A DNA stretch of 64,000 bases from Pseudomonadota bacterium (GTDB lineage: Bacteria > Myxococcota_A > UBA9160 > JADFDR01). Positions within the stretch are counted from its first letter, which is position 1; each line of letters starts with the position of its first letter. The notes below the pieces were generated by a model. That model ran no database searches. It was not told the origin of the DNA and was given only the letters and a program-made list of their open reading frames with translations. The DNA lies in assembly GCA_003353845.1 (NCBI GenBank), contig PIVT01000004.1, forward strand, positions 12,283-76,282. The letters run 5' to 3'. Positions 45,565 to 55,219 of this stretch are shown here, piece after piece. A program made the position numbers and the translations under genes.

Positions 45565-46704
45565 ATGCACTTTGGATTTACTGAGGAACAAGAAGAGCTG
45601 CGTGAAATGGCGCGAGCTTTTTTGAGTGAGTGTTCGTCTTCGGAGCAGGTTCACGAAGCCATGGAAATGCCCGAGGGTTATGACCCCAAGGTGTGGGAGC
45701 GCATAGGTGCAGAGTTGGGTTGGCCCGCCGTCATTGTTCCCGAGGAATATGGCGGCATCGGCATGACCTACGTCGAACTCATCGCCTTGATGGAAGAGAT
45801 GGGCAAGGCCTTGCTGTGCTCGCCCTTCTTCTCCACGGTGTGCCTGGCTGTAAATACGCTCGTGGAAGCGGGAACCGAGGAGCAAAAACAAGCCTTGTTG
45901 CCCGAGATTGCCGAAGGTCAGCAAACGGCGACCCTGGCCTTTAGCGAGGACAATGGGCGCTGGGACGCCAGTGCGGTGGAAGCCACGGCTAAAAAAACGG
46001 GCGATGGCTTTGTGTTGAACGGTCGCAAGAGTTTTGTGGTGGATGGACACACGGCCGATCACTTGATCATTGCGGCGCGAAGCGAAGGCAGCCAGGGTGA
46101 GGAAGGAATCAGTCTCTTTCTTGTGAAATCAGGTACGCCGGGTCTCGTGATCAAGAAGCTCGACACCTTGGATCAAACTCGCGCTCACGCCAGTGTGGAC
46201 CTTCAAGATCTGCAGGTTCCCGCCTCGGCACTCATGGGCGACGAGGGCGCCGCCTGGCCTGCGCTCAAGCGCTCGCTAGATCTAGCCGCCATCGCCTTGG
46301 CCGCCGAACAAGTGGGTGGTGCTCAGCGTTGCCTGGATATGTCGGTGGAGTATGCCAAGGAGCGCGTGCAGTTCGGTCGCAAGATCGGTTCCTTTCAAGC
46401 GATGAAACACAAGTGCGCCAATATGAGTCTGCAGGTGGAGTCGGCGCGCTCCGCCGTGTACTACGCTGGCTGGGCGGCGTCCGAGAAGGAACCCGATTTG
46501 TCGGAGTTGGCTTCCATCGCCAAGGCCTATGCCTCGGACACCTACTTTTTCTGTGCGGGTGCATCCATTCAAGTTCACGGTGGTGTCGGCTTTACCTGGG
46601 AATACGACTGCCACCTCTACTTTAAGCGCGCGAATTCTTCACAGGTCTTCCTCGGGTCACCGGTCTATCACCGGGAACTTGTCGCACAACACATTGGTCT
46701 GTAA
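45565..46704 (+). CDS. acyl-CoA dehydrogenase
   Basis: ERVQFGRKIGSFQAMKH and QVHGGVGFTWEYD motifs; 379 aa. Confidence 0.9.
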   Translation: MHFGFTEEQEELREMARAFLSECSSSEQVHEAMEMPEGYDPKVWERIGAELGWPAVIVPEEYGGIGMTYVELIALMEEMGKALLCSPFFSTVCLAVNTLVEAGTEEQKQALLPEIAEGQQTATLAFSEDNGRWDASAVEATAKKTGDGFVLNGRKSFVVDGHTADHLIIAARSEGSQGEEGISLFLVKSGTPGLVIKKLDTLDQTRAHASVDLQDLQVPASALMGDEGAAWPALKRSLDLAAIALAAEQVGGAQRCLDMSVEYAKERVQFGRKIGSFQAMKHKCANMSLQVESARSAVYYAGWAASEKEPDLSELASIAKAYASDTYFFCAGASIQVHGGVGFTWEYDCHLYFKRANSSQVFLGSPVYHRELVAQHIGL

Positions 46705-46766
46705 CCTGGGCCGTAACGCCGGTTTGTAAAATCGGTGGTGGCAGGAACAGAGCAAGTGGTGAGGAA

Positions 46767-47552
46767 ATGGCAATGAAGGATCCCTTGGGTTTTGCTGGCA
46801 AGGTGGTCATCGTTACAGGTGGTGGTAAGGGCGTCGGGATTGGCATTACGACGCGCTTTCTGGAGGCCGGTGCAGATGTCATCATCTGCGGGAGAAGTGC
46901 GCCTGAGGGCTTGCCTGCCGCTTCAGGGAAAGAAGCCATTTTCATAGAGGCCGATGTCAAAGACATCGAACAAATCGAGAAAGTGGTGCAAGCCGCCGTC
47001 CATCGCTTCGGCCGTTTGGATTGCTTGGTGAACAACGCTGGTGGTTCTCCGCCTGTTGATGCGGCCAGCGTTTCTCCGCGCTTTTCAGCCTCGATCCTGG
47101 CGTTGAATCTCACTGCACCCCTCTGGTTTTCTCAAGCCGCCAATCGTGTGATGCAGGAGCAAGCTGAGGGCGGCTGTATCGTGAATATCGCCAGCGTTAG
47201 TGGTACACGGCCTTCACCGGGAACGGCGGCCTACGGAGCTGCCAAGGCGGGCTTGCTCAACCTCACCCAAACCCTCGCTGTGGAATGGGCGCCTCGGGTG
47301 CGTGTCAACGCGGTAACGGCCGGGCTGATCAAGACAGAAAAGGCCCACATGCATTACGGCGACGAAGAAGGCATCGCCTCCGTAGAAAAAACGATTCCTC
47401 TGGGACGCCTGGCCAATCCCACGGATATCGGCGATGTCTGCTTGTTCCTGGCTTCGCCTTTGTCGAGTTATGTGAGCGGGGCCAATATTCTCACGCACGG
47501 TGGTGGCGAGAGACCCGCCTTTATGGATGCTGCCAAGAATACCAGGCCTTGA
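46767..47552 (+). CDS. SDR family oxidoreductase
   Basis: VVIVTGGGKGVGIG, NNAG and YGAAK motifs. Confidence 0.9.
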   Translation: MAMKDPLGFAGKVVIVTGGGKGVGIGITTRFLEAGADVIICGRSAPEGLPAASGKEAIFIEADVKDIEQIEKVVQAAVHRFGRLDCLVNNAGGSPPVDAASVSPRFSASILALNLTAPLWFSQAANRVMQEQAEGGCIVNIASVSGTRPSPGTAAYGAAKAGLLNLTQTLAVEWAPRVRVNAVTAGLIKTEKAHMHYGDEEGIASVEKTIPLGRLANPTDIGDVCLFLASPLSSYVSGANILTHGGGERPAFMDAAKNTRP

Positions 47553-47559
47553 CCCAGCT

Positions 47560-48663
47560 CTAGTTGAAGTGAATCCGCAAGCGGTTGAGCGTCTCTTTCC
47601 ACGCTTCTGCAGGGGTGCCTGCGTCGGAGTGGATCAGGCTATCCAACTCATTGTCTAGACCTGCGAGTTCCGCAAGACGCTTGCGCAGTTGCTCTGAGAA
47701 GGGTTCCTGAGGATCCTGATTGGTGTAAGCGCGGCTGGCATCGAGGACCGTTCTGCGGTCGTGGGCTTGGAGTTCCGCACGCATACTGACGCTGCTTAAA
47801 ATTTCGACGAAACCTTGGATGTCCTGCCAAAGATTGCGAGCAGCTCCGACATCCTTGTTTGAATCGGTTTGTAGCCATTGTGCGGTTCGGCTCTGAATCT
47901 CGCGCAAGAGCAGGCGGTCGCCCATGCGAAGTTCTTCGTAGCACTCATCTCCCATAACGGCATAAATCTGGACTTCCAACTTGCCGAGCAGGTCGGCCAG
48001 TTGGTCGTCTCCGGGCGGATTCGCGGGGATCACATTTTTGCGAAAGCTGGCGTAGAGCTGGCGCACGCGAATGGATTGTTCAAGTTCGGTGTGAAACCAT
48101 TCGCTTTCGCCAGGCTGCCCACAAGCTGTGGCGATGGCTTGTTCCAAGGCAGTGGCAATCTTGAGCACGCAGCGCCTGGCGCTTGCGGCGATAACGATCA
48201 TTTCCCAGACCTCGTTATTGGCGGACAAGGATTCGAGTCGTTTTCGCTTGTGTTCCAACTCCATCTTTCCAACGAAGGCTAAATCAGCAATGGCTTGGCC
48301 AGCTTCCTTGCGGGTCATCAAGCGATCTACGCGCTCGGCAAAATGGTTTTCGATCTCGTGCTCTACAACGGCCTTGCCCGATAAATCCGGAATGGAGTCC
48401 GAGGACTTAATGGCCGTTGCCAGATCCACCAGGGCATCGTCCAATGCCGGGTCGATGCTGTCGGCGGGTTCGAAGGAAGACAGGATGTTGTCGCTTATGG
48501 CCATGGCCCCTTTGATTTGATGGGTGAGGGCCTGGATGAGATCTGCGTATACGGTTTGAGTGGATTCTTCGTCTTCAAACTGCCGGGTATTGATGATGAG
48601 GCAGGCTTGGACCAGGTCGTGAAGTTCGCTGAGCGGCTGTGTGGGATCGGGAAAATCTTCCAT
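47560..48663 (-). CDS. hypothetical protein (acidic, predicted all-helical)
   Basis: 367-aa ORF with coding-like composition. No motif recognised. Convergent with the SDR gene across a 7-bp gap. Confidence 0.55.
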   Translation of the reverse strand: MEDFPDPTQPLSELHDLVQACLIINTRQFEDEESTQTVYADLIQALTHQIKGAMAISDNILSSFEPADSIDPALDDALVDLATAIKSSDSIPDLSGKAVVEHEIENHFAERVDRLMTRKEAGQAIADLAFVGKMELEHKRKRLESLSANNEVWEMIVIAASARRCVLKIATALEQAIATACGQPGESEWFHTELEQSIRVRQLYASFRKNVIPANPPGDDQLADLLGKLEVQIYAVMGDECYEELRMGDRLLLREIQSRTAQWLQTDSNKDVGAARNLWQDIQGFVEILSSVSMRAELQAHDRRTVLDASRAYTNQDPQEPFSEQLRKRLAELAGLDNELDSLIHSDAGTPAEAWKETLNRLRIHFN

Positions 48664-48983
48664 GCTGAATACCGCGAGCTCCTGTGATCTCCGAGGTGGG
48701 CTATCGCTTGGGCAAATCGATTGGTTAGTAAGTGTGAGTTCGGCATTTCATTGGGTAAAGCTGAATCTGTAAATAAATTTTAAGCGCCGGCCGAGGTCTG
48801 CCTCGGCTGACCGACGATGCTGTAGGCGTCGCTATAACCCCTCTTCTAAAAAGGGTTTTTAGGGGTGTCTCCTTGCGGCTTTGGCTTCGCCGATTAACCT
48901 TGTGCTCGAAGAAGGAAATGAATCGCTAGAGGCGCTTGGCGACAAGGGAGCTTGTGCGCCGAAGGCCAGTTGCCGGAGTTGGA

Positions 48984-50372
48984 ATGGGACGTTGCAGTCA
49001 GATCTTGGTGATATTGGGGCTAGGTCTATGCGGTCTTACGCTTTCGGCTCATGCCGCCAATGATCTTCCCCGAAAGGCCGTATTGGACAAGGCGTGGCTT
49101 TCTTACCAACGAAACTATGATAGCACGAATGGCGGTCTGAAAGAGAGGGAAGAGGGCAGTGTGAAGCGGCCTTCAGATTTACCCATTCGCTTCTTGTTGC
49201 GAGAACACCGCCGCGTGAAGTCCCGGCAGGCCCTGCGCATGGCGCGCCGAACCTTGGACGCCATGCAAGAGGGTGGCCTTTATGACGAGGTGGACGGGGG
49301 CTTCCATGCCTATACCCGCGACGCGGCCTGGGAGGTTCCGGAAGGGGATAAACTTCTGGCGGTGAACGCTCGTATGGCACTTGTCTATTTAGAAGCGTAT
49401 CAGGTGACGGGCAATCCCAAGTATGCGAAGACCGTGACCGGAACCCTGCGCTTTGCCTTGCGCGAGTTGACGTCAACGGAAGGTCTTTTCCATGCCGGGC
49501 TGACGGCTAACGATCACAGTAAGGCCATGCGATATGAGCGGCAAGTCGTTGCCTGGAATGGGTTGATGATATCCGCCTTGATTCATGCAGGGGAAGTGCT
49601 TGAGGAACCCGATTTTATTAAAGCGGCCCTGCGCGCGGCAGATGTACTTTTGGATCGAGCCCTCAGCCAAGGGAAACTGGCACGAGATCTCTATCCGGAA
49701 GATCCACCTACCCAAGGTGAGTTGGATGACTACGCCTTTTTTGAAGCCAGTTTGATCAGTTTATTTGAAGTCACATCACAAGAAAAGTGGTTGGCGGCCG
49801 CCATGGACTTGCAAAGCACACTGGATCAGAAATTTTGGGACAGTCAGGGCGGCGGATACTTCAGCACGGAAGCTGATCACGCGAAAGCTTTGGCCCGTGA
49901 AAAAAGCTTGCGTGACGGAGCGCTTCCTGCGGGTAACTCTGTTGCAGCCATGAACCTCCTGCGCCTGTACAGTTTGACGGCCAATGAGGAATATCGAAAG
50001 CGAGCAAGAGACCTGTTCAAGGCCTTTGCCTCTCAACTGGCCGCTGACCCCGTTAGCTCAAGTGAAATGCTCTTGGCACTGGATTTTTATTTCGACACGC
50101 CCAAAGAAATTTTGATCGTTGCGCCAACAGATCGAGACCAGGCAGACGCTTTTGTGCGTCACTTGCACGGGATCTTTCTCCCCAACCGAATTCTCGTCGT
50201 CGTATCTGAGGCTGAAGCGGAAAGTTTGTCTGAGCGCCTACCGGTATTCCAAGGGAAGCGCGCCTTGGCAGACCAGGTGACAGCCTATGTCTGTGAGAAT
50301 CACACCTGTGAGCGACCGGTGACAAGCTTGGAAGACTTTCAGGGGCAACTTTTAAAGTCATCCTCTTGGTAG
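48984..50372 (+). CDS. YyaL/SSP411-like (alpha/alpha)6 domain protein with a signal peptide and no N-terminal thioredoxin (DUF255) domain
   Basis: Signal peptide MGRCSQILVILGLGLCGLTLSAHA. Family-typical LEAYQVTGNPKY, LDDYAFFEASL, GGYFST, LPAGNSVAAMNLLRL and C-terminal AYVCENHTCERPV. ATG 48984 lies 5 nt after GGAG. Confidence 0.7.
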   Translation: MGRCSQILVILGLGLCGLTLSAHAANDLPRKAVLDKAWLSYQRNYDSTNGGLKEREEGSVKRPSDLPIRFLLREHRRVKSRQALRMARRTLDAMQEGGLYDEVDGGFHAYTRDAAWEVPEGDKLLAVNARMALVYLEAYQVTGNPKYAKTVTGTLRFALRELTSTEGLFHAGLTANDHSKAMRYERQVVAWNGLMISALIHAGEVLEEPDFIKAALRAADVLLDRALSQGKLARDLYPEDPPTQGELDDYAFFEASLISLFEVTSQEKWLAAAMDLQSTLDQKFWDSQGGGYFSTEADHAKALAREKSLRDGALPAGNSVAAMNLLRLYSLTANEEYRKRARDLFKAFASQLAADPVSSSEMLLALDFYFDTPKEILIVAPTDRDQADAFVRHLHGIFLPNRILVVVSEAEAESLSERLPVFQGKRALADQVTAYVCENHTCERPVTSLEDFQGQLLKSSSW

Positions 50373-50749
50373 CAGAGCATGGCGCATGTTCCGTTGATTT
50401 TGTTGTCTTTAGAAACAATAAGTTTTCTTAACTCATAAGATCCCCACAGCCCTGAAAAAACTCATCTATTGGCTCTTTGGTAGGTGTTTTTACTGGGTCG
50501 GAATTCCTTGTTGAGAACAGATTCTGTTTCCTTTGGAGTTTCGAAGATCCAGGGAAACACTTGCGTATTCAAGCGACTGCCGCTGAATGCCGAGTAAAGA
50601 CAGGAGACCAATCCAACTCCCCCGGAAGAACGCTGTCGGTGAAAATGATCTCTGCTCAAGAGTTCACCCTCCGGCTGATGTGCTACTTCCCAGTGGATTG
50701 ATGGAATAAGAGTTCGAACAATTAACGGGTGACTTCAATGGAGATTGAA

Positions 50750-51064
50750 ATGGATATCAGCAACACCGAGACGATTCCTGGAAAGAGTATTGTGTCTTAC
50801 TATGGATTGGTCAGCGGCAGCACGGTCCGCGCAAAACATGTCGGTCGAGACATCATGGCCAGCTTCAAGAATATTGTGGGGGGCGAGCTCAAGGGGTACA
50901 CCGAACTCCTTCAGGAGTCTCGTACTGAGGCACTTGACCGCATGATTGCCCAAGCGAAATCCGTGGGTGCCAATGCCGTGGTGAATGTACGTTTCTCCAC
51001 CAGCAGTGTGGCCCAAGGTGCTGCGGAGTTGTTTGCCTACGGAACTGCGGTTCAGGTCCAATAG
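50750..51064 (+). CDS. ybjQ: YbjQ family (UPF0145) protein
   Basis: Aligns by eye with E. coli YbjQ: TIPGKSIVSYYGLVSG, FKNIVGGELKGYTELL and GANAVVNVRF. Alternative upstream starts at 50729 and 50738. Confidence 0.8.
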   Translation: MDISNTETIPGKSIVSYYGLVSGSTVRAKHVGRDIMASFKNIVGGELKGYTELLQESRTEALDRMIAQAKSVGANAVVNVRFSTSSVAQGAAELFAYGTAVQVQ

Positions 51065-51065
51065 A

Positions 51066-51530
51066 ATGGAAGACCTGATTCAGATTGGCATTACTCTCTT
51101 TGTTTTACTGGTCGGTTACTTTGTCGGCAGTACGCTGGAGAGGAATCACTTCAAGAGTATCCGTAATCGAGAACGAGCAAGCCGTCGCATGATGGTGCTC
51201 ACCATCGAGGACATTCCCTCAGATTGGCAGTCCCAAGATGCAGGACTGGTCACGGGGAACGCCGTGGTGTCTCTAGATTACTTCAAGCGATTCCTGGCCG
51301 GAATTCGCGCCATCTTTGGAGGGCGCATCAAGAGTTACGAACCCCTGCTAGATCGCGCACGGCGCGAGGCCGTTCTTCGCATGAAGCAGGCAGCTCTCGA
51401 CAAGGGATACACCGCCGTTATCAACATGCGTATGGAAACCTCCCGTTTGGCCTCAGCCACCAAGAAGGGCAAATCCACGGCTGGTGTCGAGATCCTTGCT
51501 TTTGGTACGGGCGTGAAGCTCGCCAAGTAG
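51066..51530 (+). CDS. membrane-anchored YbjQ-family domain protein
   Basis: N-terminal TM helix IQIGITLFVLLVGYFVG, then a YbjQ-like core (FGGRIKSYEPLLDRARREA...GYTAVINMRME). ATG lies 1 nt after the previous stop. Confidence 0.75.
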   Translation: MEDLIQIGITLFVLLVGYFVGSTLERNHFKSIRNRERASRRMMVLTIEDIPSDWQSQDAGLVTGNAVVSLDYFKRFLAGIRAIFGGRIKSYEPLLDRARREAVLRMKQAALDKGYTAVINMRMETSRLASATKKGKSTAGVEILAFGTGVKLAK

Positions 51531-51531
51531 C

Positions 51532-52377
51532 ATGGAAGTACACCACCGACTTCCTGACGACAGCGTCAATGTCTCGGATACACACCCGCTGAAAGAAGCG
51601 GCTACGCTTGTTTTGGGCATGCTCGTACTGAGTACCGTCGTCTTTATCGGAATTGCTTTCTTTGTTGAGCTTGCAGTGCCGCTGATTCCCATTGAAATGG
51701 AAGCCAAGTTCTTTGGGGCTGGTTGGGGTAGCGTTACAAGCGAGATGGAAGAAGAAGAGATCCGCCAGGCCGAGGAAGTCCAAGCGCTCTTGGAGCGACT
51801 GGCCGCCCACTGGCCGGAGAATCCCTACCAGTACGAAGTTGGGATCATTCCCGGCCCACCCAACGCCATGGCCCTTCCCGGCGGTCGTATCCTCGTTACG
51901 TCGGAACTGTTAGCGCTCGCCGAAAGCGAGAATGAGTTGGCTTTCGTGCTGGGCCATGAACTGGGTCACTTTCACGATCGTGATCATCTTCGCATGCTGG
52001 GCCGAGGCGTACTTTTCTCTCTCGTGCTCGCCACCACGGGTCTCGGTGATAGCAACACCACCTCACTGCTTTCATTGGGAGGAACGCTATCGGATCGAAG
52101 CTTCAGCCGGGATCAAGAGTGCGATGCCGATCGCTTTGGATTGGAGTTGGTTACCCGTGAGTACGGCTACGCTGCGGGCAGTGACGCGTTCTTTCACCGC
52201 ATTCAAAAAATGGAGCAAGAAGGTCTGGTGATTCAGTTTGCAGCCACTCATCCACTTTCGGACAGCCGCATTGATTTTTTGCGAGAGACCTCAGACGAGA
52301 TGCACTGGGAGTGGGACGGACCTCTCTTGCCTCCCATTGCGAAACCCTCGACGCCTTCCGAATCCGACCCGGAGTAG
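51532..52377 (+). CDS. M48 family zinc metallopeptidase (membrane-anchored)
   Basis: HELGHFHDRDH (HExxH) and a TM helix near the N-terminus. ATG lies 1 nt after the previous stop. Confidence 0.85.
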   Translation: MEVHHRLPDDSVNVSDTHPLKEAATLVLGMLVLSTVVFIGIAFFVELAVPLIPIEMEAKFFGAGWGSVTSEMEEEEIRQAEEVQALLERLAAHWPENPYQYEVGIIPGPPNAMALPGGRILVTSELLALAESENELAFVLGHELGHFHDRDHLRMLGRGVLFSLVLATTGLGDSNTTSLLSLGGTLSDRSFSRDQECDADRFGLELVTREYGYAAGSDAFFHRIQKMEQEGLVIQFAATHPLSDSRIDFLRETSDEMHWEWDGPLLPPIAKPSTPSESDPE

Positions 52378-52404
52378 CGTCTCAGTCGCCGCCTCTAATC
52401 ACTT

Positions 52405-52866
52405 CTACTCAGGAAAGTAGCGGCTGATGGTGTCGATGATGAGGGCGGGTCGATCACTGCCTTCAATTTCTACCGTGACGCGCACGGTGGATTGAATGGC
52501 ACCCTTCTTGACCTCTTCGGCTGCAATGAGTTCACCGCCACCACGAATCTTGGAGCCCACGGGAACGGCTGCGGGGAAGCGCACCTTGTCCGTGCCGTAG
52601 TTCACGCCCATGGAGATTCCCTGCACGTCGATAATTTCGGGCAGGAATCGATTGACCAGGGAAAGGGTGAGGTAACCGTGTGCGATGCAGGTGCCAAAGG
52701 GACCCTCGGCGGCCTTGGCCGGGTCCACGTGAATCCATTGGTGATCGTCGGTGGCGTCCGCAAAGGTGTTGATGCGATCTTGGGTGATTTCCATCCATTC
52801 GCTGTAGCCCAGGTGGTTGCCAACGGCGGAGAGAAGTTCGGAGGGTGTTTTGAATACAGTAGGCAT
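52405..52866 (-). CDS. MaoC-like (R)-specific enoyl-CoA hydratase (hot-dog fold)
   Basis: FADATDDHQWIHVDPAKAAEGPFGTCIAHGYLTLS hydratase-2 motif; 153 aa. Confidence 0.85.
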   Translation of the reverse strand: MPTVFKTPSELLSAVGNHLGYSEWMEITQDRINTFADATDDHQWIHVDPAKAAEGPFGTCIAHGYLTLSLVNRFLPEIIDVQGISMGVNYGTDKVRFPAAVPVGSKIRGGGELIAAEEVKKGAIQSTVRVTVEIEGSDRPALIIDTISRYFPE

Positions 52867-52897
52867 AATGTGTTTCCTTCTCGATGAGCTCAGTTGA

Positions 52898-53680
52898 TCA
52901 GGCGCGTTGGCTGCTGACGGAGACGATTTCCCCTGTCATGTAACTGGTGTAGTCGCTGGCAAGCATGACCATGACATTGGCAACTTCCCAAACTTCTGCG
53001 GCACGCCCGAAGGCTTCTTTTTTGGTGAGTTCTGCTAATAGCTCGTCCGTTGTGACCTTGGCGAGGAACTTGTGCATGGCCAGGCTCGGCGAGACGGCAT
53101 TGATGCGAATCCCGTAATCAGCCGCCTCCAAAGCAGAGCAACGAGTGAGCGCCATGACACCGGCTTTGGCGGCTGCGTAATGGCACTGGCCTTTTTGTGC
53201 GCGCCAACCCACCACCGAGGCATTGTTGATGATGGCACCGCTCTTGCGTGTGTACATGTGCTTTAGTGCTGCGCGTGTCATACGCATGGTCCCGGTTACC
53301 GTAATGTCCATGACAAGGTTCCACTGCTCGTCGGTCATGTCCACCAGTGGAACTTCACCGCCCAGGCCCGCATTGTTGATGAGTACGTCGATGTGTCCCA
53401 TCTCGGCAATGGCGGCATCGACCAATCCTTGGACGTCTTCTTCCTGGGTGACATTGCAAATTCGGCTACCCACGGGTTGGTCGCCGACCTTCTCTAGCTC
53501 TGCGACGGCTTCGGCCAGGCGGCGCTCGTGAACGTCGCTGATAAACACGCGCGCACCTTCTTCGATGCAACGTTTGGCCGCGGAGAAGCCTATGCCGGTT
53601 CCGGCAGCAGCGGTGATCAATACAGTTTTACCTGCGAGCAGGTTATGTCCTTCGACATAGGGAGGGGCCGTTTGGCTCAT
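52898..53680 (-). CDS. SDR family oxidoreductase with an atypical TAAAGTGIG cofactor motif
   Basis: GKTVLITAAAGTGIGFS, NNAG and YAAAK motifs. Confidence 0.9.
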   Translation of the reverse strand: MSQTAPPYVEGHNLLAGKTVLITAAAGTGIGFSAAKRCIEEGARVFISDVHERRLAEAVAELEKVGDQPVGSRICNVTQEEDVQGLVDAAIAEMGHIDVLINNAGLGGEVPLVDMTDEQWNLVMDITVTGTMRMTRAALKHMYTRKSGAIINNASVVGWRAQKGQCHYAAAKAGVMALTRCSALEAADYGIRINAVSPSLAMHKFLAKVTTDELLAELTKKEAFGRAAEVWEVANVMVMLASDYTSYMTGEIVSVSSQRA

Positions 53681-53755
53681 GCGATTCCTCTTTTCCTCGG
53701 TTGCCGTAGGAAACCAAGCTGATGTGTTTACCGTGTTACGTACCCTGGTGTTGCC

Positions 53756-54949
53756 TTAGGGGCGCGGTTCCCGTGGCAGTCCCAGTGCGCGCTCACCAAT
53801 GATATTGCGTTGAATCTCATTGGAGCCCGCGTAGATGGTTTCGGAGCGACTGAAGAGGAAGATCTTCTGGAACTCGTTGATATCGTAATCGTGCTTACCG
53901 TCTTGGTTGAGCAGATCCGAAGCGGTTCCCAGTACCTCCATGGCCAACTCGCCCAAGTCGCGATGCCAGTTCGCCCAGTACAACTTGGTAACCATTTGGA
54001 CAGGGTCGAGTTCGCCACCGTCGATACCGTCCAATGCGCGCATGGCGTTAAAGCGCATGATGCGCAGCTTCAAGTATGAATCAGCCAGCTTTTGTCGCTG
54101 GATGGGATCCTTGGCAGCACCGTTTTCCCTGGCTGCTTCGAGAATTTTTTCAAGCTCCTGGGCAAAGGCGAGTTGTTGTCCCAGGGTGGAAGCCCCGCGT
54201 TCAAAACTCAGGGTGCCCATGGACACTTTCCAGCCGCCGTTTTCTTCACCGATGCGATTGTCGACGGAGGTGCGTGCATCGGTAAAGAAGGTTTCCGAAA
54301 ACTCACACTCTTTGGTGATCTGAACGATGGGGACGGTGGTCACGCCCGGTTGATCCATGGGAACCAAGAGGTAGGAGATGCCCTTGTGCTTGGGTCGCAC
54401 CTCGGGATCCGTGCTGCAGACGATGAAGGTCCAATCGGACCAATCGGCACCGGAGGTCCATACTTTCTGTCCGTTGATGACGTATTCATCGCCGTCGCGC
54501 ACGGCACGCGTTTGAACGTTGGCCAGGTCGGATCCGGCATTGGGTTCGGAGTAACCCTGACACCAGATGTCTTTGCCTGACAAGATCCCCGGTAGGAAGC
54601 GTTTCTTTTGTTCGTCGGTACCGAAGAAGGCAATGGTGGGAGCGGCCAGTCCTTCACCCACGTGGCCAATACGGTGTGGGCCGTTGGCCCGCGCATACTC
54701 TTCATAGAAGATCACTTGTTGTTGCAGGGGCAGGTCGCGGCCGCCTACGCTCTTGGGCAATCCAATGCCAATCCAGCCGGCCTCGCCCATGACGCATTCC
54801 CAAGCGCGTCGTTCTTCGATCATGTCTTCGGGGCCACCGGGCATGTGAGCACCGCGCAGGCATTCGAAGTCACCGCGCAGGTTGTCGGCCATCCACTTAG
54901 CGGCCTCTTCCCTAAAACGTTCATCCTCTTCGTTGTATCGTAGGTCCAC
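53756..54949 (-). CDS. acyl-CoA dehydrogenase
   Basis: YSEPNAGSD, GQKVWTS and the C-terminal IYAGSNEIQRNIIGERALGLPR. Paralogous to 38126-39295. Confidence 0.9.
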   Translation of the reverse strand: MDLRYNEEDERFREEAAKWMADNLRGDFECLRGAHMPGGPEDMIEERRAWECVMGEAGWIGIGLPKSVGGRDLPLQQQVIFYEEYARANGPHRIGHVGEGLAAPTIAFFGTDEQKKRFLPGILSGKDIWCQGYSEPNAGSDLANVQTRAVRDGDEYVINGQKVWTSGADWSDWTFIVCSTDPEVRPKHKGISYLLVPMDQPGVTTVPIVQITKECEFSETFFTDARTSVDNRIGEENGGWKVSMGTLSFERGASTLGQQLAFAQELEKILEAARENGAAKDPIQRQKLADSYLKLRIMRFNAMRALDGIDGGELDPVQMVTKLYWANWHRDLGELAMEVLGTASDLLNQDGKHDYDINEFQKIFLFSRSETIYAGSNEIQRNIIGERALGLPREPRP

Positions 54950-55219
54950 GGGTGATTACTCCTCTGACGTTTGCTGCGCGCTGATCACTGGCTTTGATTG
55001 TACGGCGCGTGAAACGGGTGGGGAATTTTCCGTCCTGTTGTCTGTGTGGAACCGGAAAATCGCTTTCAATTACGGGCGTGTATCCTAGGAAACGAGGCGG
55101 ACCCTGTCAAAGCAAAGCACGGCTGAAACCAGCCGGTTTTGGGGCGCTGAATGAAAGGGGATTGGCTGTTTTTGTGAGATCTACATAGAATCTCCACTCG
55201 TCATAAGCCGGGGTCGAAA

